From positions 1-64,000 of the forward strand of contig NIVC01002548.1 of the NCBI GenBank assembly GCA_002269645.1: a stretch of 64,000 nt of DNA. Reading direction: 5' to 3'. Under the pieces are notes generated by a model, which saw only the letters and a program-made list of their open reading frames with translations, did no database searches and was not told the origin of the DNA. Origin of the DNA: Macrostomum lignano (lineage: Eukaryota). Positions 11,301-21,480 of the stretch are shown here, piece after piece (the first letter of the stretch is position 1; each line of letters begins with the position of its first letter). Both the position numbers and the translations under genes were made by a program.

Positions 11301-14039
11301 AGAATAGACTCACTTCGGCTGCCTGGATACTTTAAGCTCTGGGCTTGAACTTCGATCTTATTGTGGCCAATGTGACAGCAGACCCTAATGCATTCGCTCT
11401 CATTTCCTTTGAGTTTATAAGGCTTCCTGTTTTGATTTTTGTCTTATGGATTTTATGCTTGTTAGTCTCATCAAAGTGAAATATTCGCCTTCACTTCCCG
11501 CCATTTCTCTTTGCAGAGTTTCCCTAGCCGGCGCTCACCAGCTTCTCCATTTCCAGCTTGGCGCGCAGTCCGGCTTCGTAATAGCGCCTGGTTTCCAGGA
11601 AAGTCTGCCGGCGGCCCATCTCCACGGGGCCGTGCACGAAAACGCCCACTATGTTTGCGGCGAGCAAGTAGAACGCGTTGGCCGCAAGCTGCATGCAAGG
11701 GCAATGGGGGTTCAATGTACACCAGCCAGCTGCTACGGGGTGAAGAATTCAATATACATTGGCCATGTCACTGTGGGGTGGGAGTTCAATGTACATTGGC
11801 CAGCCACTGGGGGGATAGGAGTTTAATGTACATTGGCCAGCCACTGGGGGGATAGGAGTTCAATGTACATTGGCCAGCCGCTGAGGAGATGGGAGTTAAA
11901 TGTACATTGGCCAGCCACTGGGGGATGGGAGTTCAATTTACATTGGCCAGCCACTGGAGGGATGGGAGTTCAATGTACATTGGCCAGCCACTGGGGGGAT
12001 GGGAGTTTAATGTACATTGGCCAGCCGCTAAAGGAAAGGAAATTTAAAGTAAATTATCCAGGGTATGGCAAATTGTTGTACCGATTAGCCAATCAATCTG
12101 TCAATGCGAGTTACGTGATTCAATATTACGGAAACTAAAGGTCGATATGACGATATCAGAACAGAAAAGTGACAAAAAAGCTTTTATCACACACAAAAAT
12201 TTTGACTACCACTACCAGCTCGTCACGAATGTGATTTCTAATCCGTGAATTAAGGAACCAGTTTGAGAGCTTAATCTCTACAGAAAACTTGCTAGATCCG
12301 ATCCAAAAGAATGCAGAAATGTTCTGTCTACCTTCAGCCTGCGAGCGTCAGTCGATGTGACTGACTCGGGGACGGGGTGGACTCCGGCCGCCCCCCCCCC
12401 CAGGGGCATGAGAGGCAGGACTTCTCACAGTTGAGTGCGCAGGCGAGTGGACGACAGGCCTTTTGCCCGTGATCTTGTCGGGCCTAATTAGAGCGAGGCG
12501 GCCGTCAGGGTGTGAAAACGGGAGAATGTGGAGCAAAGATAAGATCCCGCTCGCTTCATTCAGCTGCTCAGTTCCTACTGGCACTGATACATTTTCTGAC
12601 GTGACCTCCAACCAATAAAAGCTGCATTTTCGTGCAAGGTTATTTGGCTTAGGCTGACATCGCGTTTAAAAAGCAGTGAGCTGTTTACGCTTGAGCAGTC
12701 ATCAATTTGAGAACGGTCGCCCGCGTGTCCGGTGGATATTCAGGTGGGGGCGAAGTGACCTCGGATGACCTTTTAGTGCTTACCTCGAATGGCAATCATC
12801 AAGGTTTGAGAAACCTTGATAATTGCCATAATTGGGAGAAAATCACACGCTCTTCTAATTGCACTCAAACGTGGAACTGTTGAAAAATTACCCGTTTACT
12901 CTGACTACAACCCGGGTGTAGCGGCCAAAATCCCAAGATTTCGACGCTACCCTAATTTATTAAATCAAATAGGGATTCGGGCAGACAAGATGATTTATTT
13001 GCTGCTGAGCCATTGAGTGTCTCTGAAATCTGGTTGAAAAGCAATGAGCCTACTCGCAGAATTGCTACAAAGTGTAGCGATGGCGAAGATGCTGGTTCAA
13101 GCGAGAGACGCCACCCCACTCCAGCTCGCGTACCCGAGCACCGAAATCCGGTCGGTTCATTCCAGAAATTCTAGACAACAGGTGCAGCATCATGATGAGG
13201 CCGCAGCAGGCCAGCAGGCTGCGAACACGCAACGGCAAGAACAGGTAGGCGATGACCGTCATCAGCGAGCTGGTGAACAACCCGCTGCTCGGCTTCCAGC
13301 ACAGCGGATCTGGCTCCTCGCCGATGCGAATGACGCTGGCGCCCTGCAGCAGCAGGAAGCAGATGGCCAACCCGTAGCTCAGGTGCTGCTGCCGGGCCAG
13401 GCCAACGCGACAGCGCAGCATACCAATCAGGAGACCGCTGAAGCCGGCGAAGGCGACAGTGGAGAGGCTCAGGTGCAGCAGGGTGTTCTCAGATGGACCG
13501 CGGGCCGTCTGCGGCAGCTGCGTGACGGCGGAACCGGCGCTCAGAAGCGTCAGCGTTGCCACCAGAACGAGCAGGGAGCGATGGTTCAGCCGGCGAAAGT
13601 ACATCTGGTAGAGCTGCTCGAGCTCGGCGCCTGGGAACACCTTGGAAGAGAAGAGGCACTTGAACAGGATGGCCAGGAAGCGCCAACTCTCAGCGCAGTT
13701 CGCCGGCGGCTTGGTGTGCAGCAGGTCGCTGATGGTGTCCCGGTTCGGGTCCAGGCGCTGCAGGGCAGAGCTGTGCGACGATTCGGAGTCTCTGGGCCGA
13801 GTGTTCCATCGACCGCTGCTACTGCCAACCTTGCTGCCGCCGCGCGCACTGGCGGTGCCGCCGCCTTCGCTGCCACCGATTCTGACAATTTTCGTCGTTC
13901 TCTGAAGTCGCTGCCAGCCCGACGGGCGATCCGGGTTTCTTCGAAGCATTCGGGCGACTTCCTTCGGCGCCGATATTTGGTCGCCGTTGCCGACTGAAAC
14001 TGGATCGGCGTCCACCATCGGGGCCGGGTGGACGCTCAT
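2012..14039 (-). CDS. ADCY5/6: Transmembrane adenylyl cyclase (ADCY5/6-like), 11 coding exons, about 1165 aa
   Basis: Exons 14039-13134, 11688-11539, 11050-10929, 9694-9455, 8321-7947, 7446-7284, 6741-6553, 5449-5359, 4648-4514, 3875-3092, 2352-2012; GT-AG introns, phases consistent except exon 6/7. C1a motifs [30 protein letters not shown]; C2a motifs [29 protein letters not shown] (Lys/Asp ATP-specificity residues and Asn/Arg intact). [13 protein letters not shown] and [17 protein letters not shown] resemble ADCY5/6 from memory; subtype needs phylogeny. Confidence 0.93.
2692..3058 (+). repeat. 25-bp minisatellite (AAACAGACACAACTGACACAATACC)n
   Basis: About 14 tandem copies in cyclase intron 10. 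Confidence 0.95.
3092..3875 (-). CDS. Adenylyl cyclase exon 10 (TM10-12, most of C2a)
   Basis: acttccag|[11 protein letters not shown]...[14 protein letters not shown]...[17 protein letters not shown]...FKMRIG|GTGAGT, 784 nt, phase 0/1. Confidence 0.95.
3951..4365 (-). repeat. Same 25-bp minisatellite in inverted orientation (GGTATTGTGTCAGTTGTGTCTGTTT)n
   Basis: The unit is the exact reverse complement of the 2692-3058 unit; cyclase intron 9. Confidence 0.95.
4514..4648 (-). CDS. Adenylyl cyclase exon 9 (extracellular loop)
   Basis: tttacag|[25 protein letters not shown]...AMPE|GTGAGA, phase 0/0, with an NWT sequon and Cys residues. Confidence 0.85.
4806..5066 (+). mobile_element. tRNA-derived SINE, family A, copy 1
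   Basis: A-box-like TAGTGGTCAGAGC, B-box GGTTCGATTCC, 47-nt block 4896-4942 identical to 16578-16624, AT-rich tail. Confidence 0.75.
5359..5449 (-). CDS. Adenylyl cyclase exon 8 (TM9)
   Basis: ctcattccag|[30 protein letters not shown]|GTGAGT, phase 2/0. Confidence 0.85.
5876..6500. repeat. 20-bp minisatellite (TGTTCCTATCTACCAATCTG)n
   Basis: Tandem copies degenerating toward 6500; cyclase intron 7. Confidence 0.95.
6553..6741 (-). CDS. Adenylyl cyclase exon 7 (TM7-8)
   Basis: [29 protein letters not shown]...[18 protein letters not shown], strong donor GTAAGT at 6552; acceptor phase conflicts with exon 6 by one base. Confidence 0.75.
6768..7242. repeat. 12-bp minisatellite (GACTGTGACCCA)n
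   Basis: Cyclase intron 6; source of the LGHS-repeat pseudo-ORF. Confidence 0.93.
7284..7446 (-). CDS. Adenylyl cyclase exon 6 (C1b)
   Basis: ccactag|..[38 protein letters not shown]|GTCGGG. Confidence 0.8.
7464..7880. repeat. Pentanucleotide microsatellite (AGAGT)n/(AGACT)n
   Basis: Cyclase intron 5. Confidence 0.95.
7947..8321 (-). CDS. Adenylyl cyclase exon 5 (rest of C1a)
   Basis: tcggcag|[19 protein letters not shown]...QFDVWSGDV...GRVHIT; donor AG|GTGGCT chosen because its phase fits exon 6. Confidence 0.9.
8464..8800 (+). mobile_element. tRNA-derived SINE, family B, copy 1
   Basis: A box TAGCCCAGTGG, B-box-like GGCTCGATTCC; colinear with 21088-21401 including an identical 69-nt block (8714-8782 = 21317-21385). 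Confidence 0.78.
9455..9694 (-). CDS. Adenylyl cyclase exon 4 (C1a metal-binding Asp residues)
   Basis: tttccag|[12 protein letters not shown]...[34 protein letters not shown]|GTGAGT, phase 2/2. Confidence 0.95.
10553..10832. repeat. About 36-bp minisatellite GAAATTCAGATGTACATTTGGCCTTCGC(G)nAC, 8 copies
   Basis: Cyclase intron 3; variable-length G run. Confidence 0.93.
10929..11050 (-). CDS. Adenylyl cyclase exon 3
   Basis: cccaag|[13 protein letters not shown]...[11 protein letters not shown]|GTGAGT; too short for the ORF track; phase 0/2. Confidence 0.9.
11539..11688 (-). CDS. Adenylyl cyclase exon 2 (TM6, RQTFLETRR coiled coil)
   Basis: gcatgcag|[15 protein letters not shown]...EMEKL|GTGAGC, 150 nt, phase 0/0. 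Confidence 0.9.
11708..12030. repeat. About 38-bp minisatellite GGGAGTTCAATGTACATTGGCCAGCCACTGGGGGGAT
   Basis: About 8-9 copies abutting the exon 2 acceptor; cyclase intron 1. Confidence 0.92.
13134..14039 (-). CDS. Adenylyl cyclase exon 1 (N-terminus, TM1-5)
   Basis: ATG 14039 (MSVHPAPM); five hydrophobic segments; donor GTACGC at 13133, phase 0. An in-frame acceptor at 14094 lies upstream. Confidence 0.88.
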
Positions 14040-15460
14040 TGCCGTCCTCAGGATGAAGTTTCTGTGGCTTCTGAGTGCTGATTTAATTGGATCCTGCAGC
14101 AAGATAGAAATGGAGTAGTTTTGTTGGTGCTCTACAGGTATTAGCGGGTTACCGTATTCAACAACAACGCAAAAAAGGTCTTGTGTTTTCACAAAATATG
14201 AGCAGCATCACAGGGCAAACGTCGCGTGTGTTCAAAGTACTCAAAGTACTTATAAAGGTAATTCACAACGAAAATCGGTTAAAAAGTCACAAGGAAGACC
14301 TCAATCTTCTTTAGAAGATCATCTTCGTTCACGGAAAAAAAATCATGCGGACGCACAGACAGACAGAACCAATTCTGTATATTTCAGGTAGGGACGATTA
14401 CCGGTATTCAAATAGGAATACCTACGAATTTTCAAGCGTTGTAGCTGAAACCTTGATTCAGACTTGGCTTTGCCGCCGCTTCCGAACTCGAAGAGCTCTT
14501 TCTTCTTTTGCCATGCAACTCGGGCAGATGGAGAGCTGTTTAAATAGCCGTTAAAGCCTCCCTCCAGCTTCGATTAAATGCATTGGTGCAATGTTGCCGC
14601 CCCAGCTCGGCTGTTTGCTCACCAGAGTAGATAAGGAAGCAGGGTCGGACTTGAGCAAGTGAGGCTCTTAGCAACAGCTGAGGCCAAACTAAGATTTCGT
14701 ATGAGATTTGATAATAAAGAGAACACGTGTGTTTCTGAGATTCTGGGCCACCCACATCCTTAGGCTTATTCTACTCGTACTCGCGTAGACGTGCCGCATC
14801 GATATGAATTTTGTCAGGCCCAGCTTCCCAGCTGCATCACACATTGGAGTAGTCCTTCAGACTCGATAGGCAACAGTCTGACTGAGGTTGGACTTAGCAT
14901 AAATCCCGAGCTGATACCGCTGGGCCTTCGAACTCAGACTTTATGAAGTCTTTTCCCGTGAAACATAAGTCAACTCTGGTTGAGCAAGCATGAGATAAGA
15001 GCACAAAACTGCTGAGGCAAAATGTCAGGCATCGTGGTGTGATGGAAAATCTGTTCTCGGAAGCTTATCTGTTACTGAAATTCGAAAGACAACAAAAATT
15101 TCGCTTACAGTGTTGATGAAGCGGGATTCTGTGCGGTATAAGAAAGAAAAGCACAGAAATGCATTTGAAAATTTTATGCACGCGGGCTTCGCACATTCAA
15201 AAATCAATTTCGATGATTGCGGTGAGGTCATCGCCACAATCAGTCATTTTGCCTGCGTTTATTGTCATCTCGTTCAACGGTTACTCAGATTGCTGAATAA
15301 GTAGTAGAAATTATTTATTAAAGCTGCTTGCAAATTACTTTATTGACCATTTTGGCAGGAAAAATAGTCAATTTTCACTTGAATCTCAAATAGATGACAA
15401 GTTTGCTTTCTTTAAGTGATCGTGTTGTCAGTTGGTCATTCATTTCTGGATCCTTGGCTG

Positions 15461-16842
15461 TCACTCCGAACGCTTTTTTAGGATGTCCCGGTCCAGCATG
15501 AAGTCGGGGTACCTGGTGAAGCGCTTCTTCAGAATGCCACGGTCCAGCATGAAGTCGGGGTACCTGGTGAAGCGCTTCTTCAGAATGCCACGGTCCAGCA
15601 TGAAGTCAGGGTACCTGGTGAAGCGCTTCTTCAGAATGCCCCGGTCCAGCATGAAGTCGGGGTACCTGGTGAAGCGCTTCTTCAGAATGCCACGGTCCAG
15701 CATGAAGTCAGGGTACCTGGTGAAGCGCTTCTTCAGAATGCCCCGGTCCAGCATGAAGTCGGGGTACCTGGTGAAGCGCTTCTTCAGAATGCCACGGTCC
15801 AACATGAAGTCGGGGTACCTGGTGAACCGCTTATCAAGGTGCTTGATGCCGTCGTCCTGGTGAACGTTCTTCGTATCATCATGGTGCTTCTCTGCACCAG
15901 TTACATCCAATCTGCAAGGGAGAATGCAAAACTTCAGAATTAGACCACATGTAGCTGAAGGTCAAGCAAGTCCAGTTGCATTCAGTGCCAGTATTTTCTT
16001 CAAGGGGCCACCTTATCACGAGCTAAACTTAATAAAAATGTAATCAAATCCGTCTCTGCGACCCTGGGCGTCTGTCTCTTGTCACGGAATTTTGTGTTAC
16101 TACGCAGGCCAAAAGCTCCTCAGACATCTCAAGAGCTCTTCTGGTAAAAAGAGACCTTGGGCTTCTCAGTTTAGACCACAGACGCCCCTATTTATTCCAG
16201 ATTATGTAAGCCCAATGATTAAAAGTTTATATACATTTTACAGTCCACTGGGACTGCAGGTGATCTCTTGTCAGCGTGTGTCCCATCCCAAATCTTGGGT
16301 TTCAGATCTGAAGTCGCATAGGAAAGACTAATGCATTGAGAAGCTCTACAATGAAAGCTCAAAGGCCAGAGGTGTCAACTCAGAATTTCGCTATCCGTTC
16401 AAGAATTCGTGTTCTATCCGCTTTCCTAGTTTTGAATTGGGTCCTCGCAGCAAGAGGCGGTCTGTTGTTAGACCAAAAATGTGTTGTAGCCTAGTGGTTA
16501 GAGAGGGGTTCGATTCTCAACCTACTTAAAAAATTGTATCCTTAAGCATGAAATTTAATTCTGCATTGCTTCACTACACCCAGCTGTAAAATGGGTGCCA
16601 GCATTAGCTGGGGTAATTGAGGGTAAGTGTGGGGACCCCCCAGTCCTTGGACTGAACAGCCGTACGCAGCCTTCAGATGCTTCAGAGCTGTCGGCTGCAC
16701 ATTTTCCCATTATGGCAGGTGTAATGAAAAATACAAATTTTAAGACGTGTCATTTAAACTATTTAGCTAGGCAGATAGTTACTACAGGAACTCACACCAC
16801 GGCGCCGAGCAGGACTATCGACAGAATCAATGGCGATCGCAT
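15461..16842 (-). CDS. Neuropeptide prohormone, 165 aa, 2 exons (16842-16796, 15911-15461); 7 copies of FTRYPDFMLDR(G/D)IL
   Basis: Exon 1 ATG..MRSPLILSIVLLGAV GT|GTGAGT (phase 2) joins the acceptor ttttgcattctcccttgcag|A TTG (phase 2). Product: signal peptide MRSPLILSIVLLGAVVLDVTGA, acidic/His spacer, then KR/KKR-separated peptide copies. AATAAA on minus at 15344-15339 and 15319-15314. Confidence 0.88.
16481..16710 (+). mobile_element. tRNA-derived SINE, family A, copy 2 (in the prohormone intron)
   Basis: TAGCCTAGTGGTTAGAG...GGTTCGATTC head; shares the core and 3' body (CCCCAGTCCTTGGACTGAA.AGCCGTACGCA) with 4806-5066. Confidence 0.75.
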
Positions 16843-17367
16843 GGCAAAGCACTTTCTATAGTCAGAAGCGGAGCCTCTTCAGAAAGTTCCTTTCAGAAAG
16901 AGGGTCTTTTTAATTGTTGAGAGACTCTATCGCTGGGAAGCAGATGGCTCGGTAATGAAGACAAATGCGCTTGGAATAAAGGAAAAAGTTTTTATGCCAG
17001 CGACTCGGCTCTCTGGGCTAGAATGCGCCGTTATAAAGGGAAGCGTCACTGGGAACTCGCGCGCCTCCACACTCCCCGTCCCCTGCAGCAGTCGCAGCCA
17101 TCGCATCCGCGCCTTCTCTCATCTTCCCAACCTTCCATTGGCTGCTGGGCCTCCTTGCCATTTTCCTATGCCTTTGCGGGAAAGAAATTGAGAAGCGTTT
17201 GAAGGATCGCCCGGTCTAAAGATGATTAATTGACAGGGTCAGAAAAGTGACTTCATACTGGCCATCTTAATTTAAGAATTGAGGGATGACCTGAAAGCGT
17301 ATTGAAACTCAAAATTTGAAACTTAAAAAGTTAAGCGATTGGCATTAGCGCTGCGGTGGGATTTTAA

Positions 17368-19410
17368 CCCTCAGGTGGCAGAGGTGGGATGTGAACCCTC
17401 GGGTGGCAGAGGTGAGATGTGAACTCTCGGGTGGCAGAGGTGGGATGTGAACCCTCGGGTGGCAGAGGTGGGATGTGAACTCTCGGGTGGCAGAGGTACA
17501 TGTATGATGTGAACCCTCGGGTGGCAAAGATTGGATGTGAACTCTCGGGTGGCAGAGGTGGGATGTGAACCCTCAGGTGGCAGAGGTGGGATGTGAACCC
17601 TCGGGTGGCAGAGGTGGGATGTGAACCCTCGGGTGGCAGAGGTGGGATGTGAACCCTCGGGTGGCAGAGGTGAGATGTGAACTCTCGGGTGGCAGAGGTA
17701 TGATGTGAGCCCTCGGGTGGCAGAGGTGGGATGTGAACTCTCGGGTGGCAGAGGTACATGTATGATGTGAACCCCCAGGTGGCAGAGGTGGGATGTGAAC
17801 CCTCAGGTGGCAGAGGTGGGATGTGAACCCTCAGGAGGCAGCGGTGGGATGTGAACGCTCGGGTGGCAGAGGTGGGATGTGAACCCTCGGGTGGCAGAGG
17901 TGGGATGTGAACCCTCGGTGGCAGAGGTGGGATGTGAACCCTCGGTGGCAGAGGTGAGATGTGAACTCTCGGGTGGCAGAGGTATGATGTGAACCCTCGG
18001 GTGGCAGAGGTGGGATGTGAACTCTCGGGTGGCAGAGGTGGGATGTGAACTCTCGGGTGGCAGAGGTGGGATGTGAACTCTCGGGTGGCAGAGGTATGAT
18101 GTGAACCCTCGGGTGGCAGCGGTGGGATGCGAACCCTCGGGTGGCAGAGGTGGGATGTGAACCCTCGGGTGGCAGAGGTGGGATGTGAACTCTCAGGTGG
18201 CAGAGGTGGGATGTGACCTCTCAGGTGGCAGAGGTGGGATGTGAACCCTCAGGTGGCAGCGGTGGGATGTGAACTCTCGGGTGGCAGAGGTGGGATGTGA
18301 ACCCTCGGGTGGCAGCGGTGGGATGCGAACCCTCGGGTGGCAGCGGTGGGATGCGAACCCTCGGGTGGCAGCGGTGGGATGCGAACCCTCGGGTGGCAGA
18401 GGTGTGATGTGAACCCTCGGGTGGCAGCGGTGGGATGCGAACCCTCGGGTGGCAGCGGTGGGATGCGAACCCTCGGGTGGCAGCGGTGGGATGCGAACCC
18501 TCGGGTGGCAGAGGTGGGATGTGAACCCTCGGGTGGCAGCGGTGGGATGCGAACCCTCGGGTGGCAGCGGTGGGATGCGAACCCTCGGGTGGCAGCGGTG
18601 GGATGCGAACCCTCGGGTGGCAGAGGTGGGATGTGAACCCTCGGGTGGCAGAGGTGGGATGTGAACTCTCAGGTGGAAGCGGTGGGATGTGAACTCTCAG
18701 GTGGCAGAGGTGGGATGTGAACCCTCAGGTGGCAGCGGTGGGATGTGAACTCTCGGGTGGCAGAGGTACATGTATGATGTGAACCCTCGGGTGGCAGCGG
18801 TGGGATGCGAACCCTCGGGTGGCAGAGGTGGGATGTGAACCCTCGGGTGGCAGCGGTGGGATGCGAACCCTCGGGTGGCAGCGGTGGGATGCGAACCCTC
18901 GGGTGGCAGCGGTGGGATGTGAACCCTCGGGTGGCAGCGGTGGGATGTGAACTCTCGGTGGCAGAGGTACATGTATGATGTGAACCCTCGGGTGGCAGAG
19001 GTGGGATGTGAACCCTCAGGTGGCAGAGGTGGGATGTGAACCCTCGGGTGGCAGAGGTGGGATGTGAACCCTCAGGTGGCAGCGGTGGGATGTGAACCCT
19101 CGGGTGGCAGCGGTACATGTATGATGTGAACTCTCGGGTGGCAGAGGTGGGATGTGAACTCTCGGGTGGCAGAGGTGGGATGTGAACCCTCGGGTGGCAG
19201 AGGTGGGATGTGAACTCTCGGGTGGCAGAGGTGGGATGTGAACCCTCGGGTGGCAGAGGTGGGATGTGAACTCTCGGGTGGCAGAGGTGGGATGTGAACC
19301 CTCGGGTGGCAGAGGTGGGATGTGAACTCTCGGGTGGCAGAGGTGGGATGTGAACCCTCGGGTGGCAGCGGTGGGATGTGAACCCTCGGGTGGCAGCGGT
19401 GGGATGTGAG
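17368..19410. repeat. 28-bp G-rich minisatellite (GTGAACCCTCGGGTGGCAGAGGTGGGAT)n
   Basis: About 70 copies with recurrent variants (GGCAGCGG, GGTACATGTATGAT). Confidence 0.96.
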
Positions 19411-20624
19411 TCTTCAACCTTTATTCAAGATCGTCTCAAATTCAGAAGCCACATAACATTCACTTACTTCTCGGCACCTCGATAATATGCTGAAAATATT
19501 TTTCCCACCCCTCCCCACAAAACAAGTGCACCCACTGAAACTGAAAATAATTGATTTGGCTAGAGAAATCAATCACTTTATTGTGGGTGGCAGTGATGTA
19601 TCTATTTTATTCCCTTCAATTCTTTCTCTCTCTCTACTTGTAATCCCGACCCTTTTTCCCCCAGTTTCCTTCTATATCGTCTCCTTCCAGCATCCATCGC
19701 GAAACAGATGAAGCGAGCGGGCATAAACTGCCTGGATATTTCAGCTCGCACAGACAGGCAGGAGATCCCAGAACAATCCCTGTTCCCCAGACCCCAATTG
19801 CACTATTTGATCAGCAAGGGGGAGGCAGCACACGGCTTGCTCTCTTTATCAGCCCCTGCTCGCGCTAATTGAGTTATAAGCGGACAGGAATGACACAGGG
19901 AATTGAGCTCTTGCCTGACCCTGTCACGGCTGGTGCAATTTAAATCCGGGCCCTGAGAGCGCAGAGCCAGGTTTAAAGTTACTCGCTCCTGTGTGATGGC
20001 TTTTTCGACTAAAAACTTGCTTAAAAAGCTCATCGGCTAAACTTGTTTGTCAGAGTTCTCTCATAGCTGCATGCTCGCAAAAAAAGATTATTAAAGTTTC
20101 AAGTGAACTTTTGCAACACTGTCCCGATGGGGCGTGGATAATCTGAGATTATTCAGACCGAGCGAACAAACATCCATCATCCAGACCAGACACTGATAGC
20201 GGTGTTTGCAGTTGAAATATTGTGTCAATATGTACGTTTAATTAAGCAAATCGAAAAGTTTCACCTGATTGGTCTGAGAAATGATGGTGTCCGCGTTCTC
20301 ATTTGAAAAACAAGTTTGACTAATCGGTCGGTCTGACTATTTTGAGCTGAACTCAAACAATGTTTTTTCCATTTCTCCCACAGCGAGCGGTAAGGCAGAT
20401 CCGCTCCGTTCCGCTGACTCCCGAACACGCGCTCACACAGGGTGTACCGGTACAGCTGCCCTGACTTTATTTATCGTCAGGCATGTGCACTTGGAGGTGT
20501 TGGCCAAGGACCACTAGGAACACTTCGTTAGTCTAGTCTAGGCTAGTAGTCCTTGGTGTTGGCTCTCATGAGTGTGAATCGTACGACAAGACTGACCAAT
20601 TTTGATGTGTCCGCTCACGGAAGG

Positions 20625-20808
20625 TTGAGCGGCATTCAGAGAGTTGAGCAGCATACAGAGAGTTGAGCAGCATACAGAGAGTTGAGCAGCATTCAGAGAG
20701 TTGAGCAGCATACAGAGAGTTGAGCAGCATACAGAGAGTTGAGCAGCATACAGAGAGTTGAGCAGCATACAGAGAGTTGAGCAGCATACAGAGGGTTAAG
20801 CAGCATAC
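20625..20808. repeat. 19-bp minisatellite (AGAGAGTTGAGCAGCATAC)n
   Basis: About 9 copies. Confidence 0.93.
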
Positions 20809-21087
20809 CTGTATAGCTAGCATTAGTCACGTGCCGGTAAACAGAGCGAAATTAAGATAATTGGCCTCCGGCATCAGAACTCAATGCCAGCCAGCAAGTA
20901 TAAATACATATCGCCTAATTAGCAAGTCTGAAGCATTGTTAGAAACCAAAGTTGATTCATCCCAATGCGAGTAGAAATATCTGGGAATTATATTTTTAAA
21001 AGGCAGTCGCATTTGCCTATTTTCAGCCTTTATGCATTCACCTCTTCTGTTTGCTAATCATGCGAGTGTCACAGGTGCCACAAATGA

Positions 21088-21401
21088 GGGGGCGTGGCCT
21101 AGCAGGCTAGCGCGGCGTTCTGGTGTGCCAGCGGCCCAGGCTCGATTCCAAGTGCAGCTACAGATTATTTAGGGGCTAAATTGGAATCTCGGCTTGGCTC
21201 TGCTCGTGCAATTAACGCCTTTAAGGGCCAACCCCCAAGGCACAGTGCAGTGTACACGCCTAACGATAAATAAAGTTATGGTCGCTGCCTGTGCGTATGA
21301 CTGCGTACGTATCCGCGCGCTTGTGTGCCTGCTCAGGGGAGTCGGCGGAATGGGCAGTAATGCCTCTCGCCGGTTGTGTGACAATGTCGCTTAAAGTGCG
21401 C
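21088..21401 (+). mobile_element. tRNA-derived SINE, family B, copy 2
   Basis: Colinear with 8464-8800; degenerate A box, GGCTCGATTCC. Confidence 0.78.
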
Positions 21402-21480
21402 CAGGTCCCTGCCAGTAACAATGCATTATTCTACTCATGGTAGCAAGCAGACTTGGATTTTACATCAAAACCTAGAAAAT

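Noticed and set aside
15432-15863. Plus-strand 143-aa repeat ORF (RMPRSSMKSGYLVKRFF)n
   Set aside because: Antisense shadow of the prohormone; the signal exon, splice phases and poly(A) signals all support the minus strand.
16996-17220. Plus-strand hydrophobic segment (SLIFPTFHWLLGLLAIFLCLCG) and a short ATG ORF
   Set aside because: No start codon or splice support in the hydrophobic frame; it lies in the prohormone upstream region on the opposite strand.
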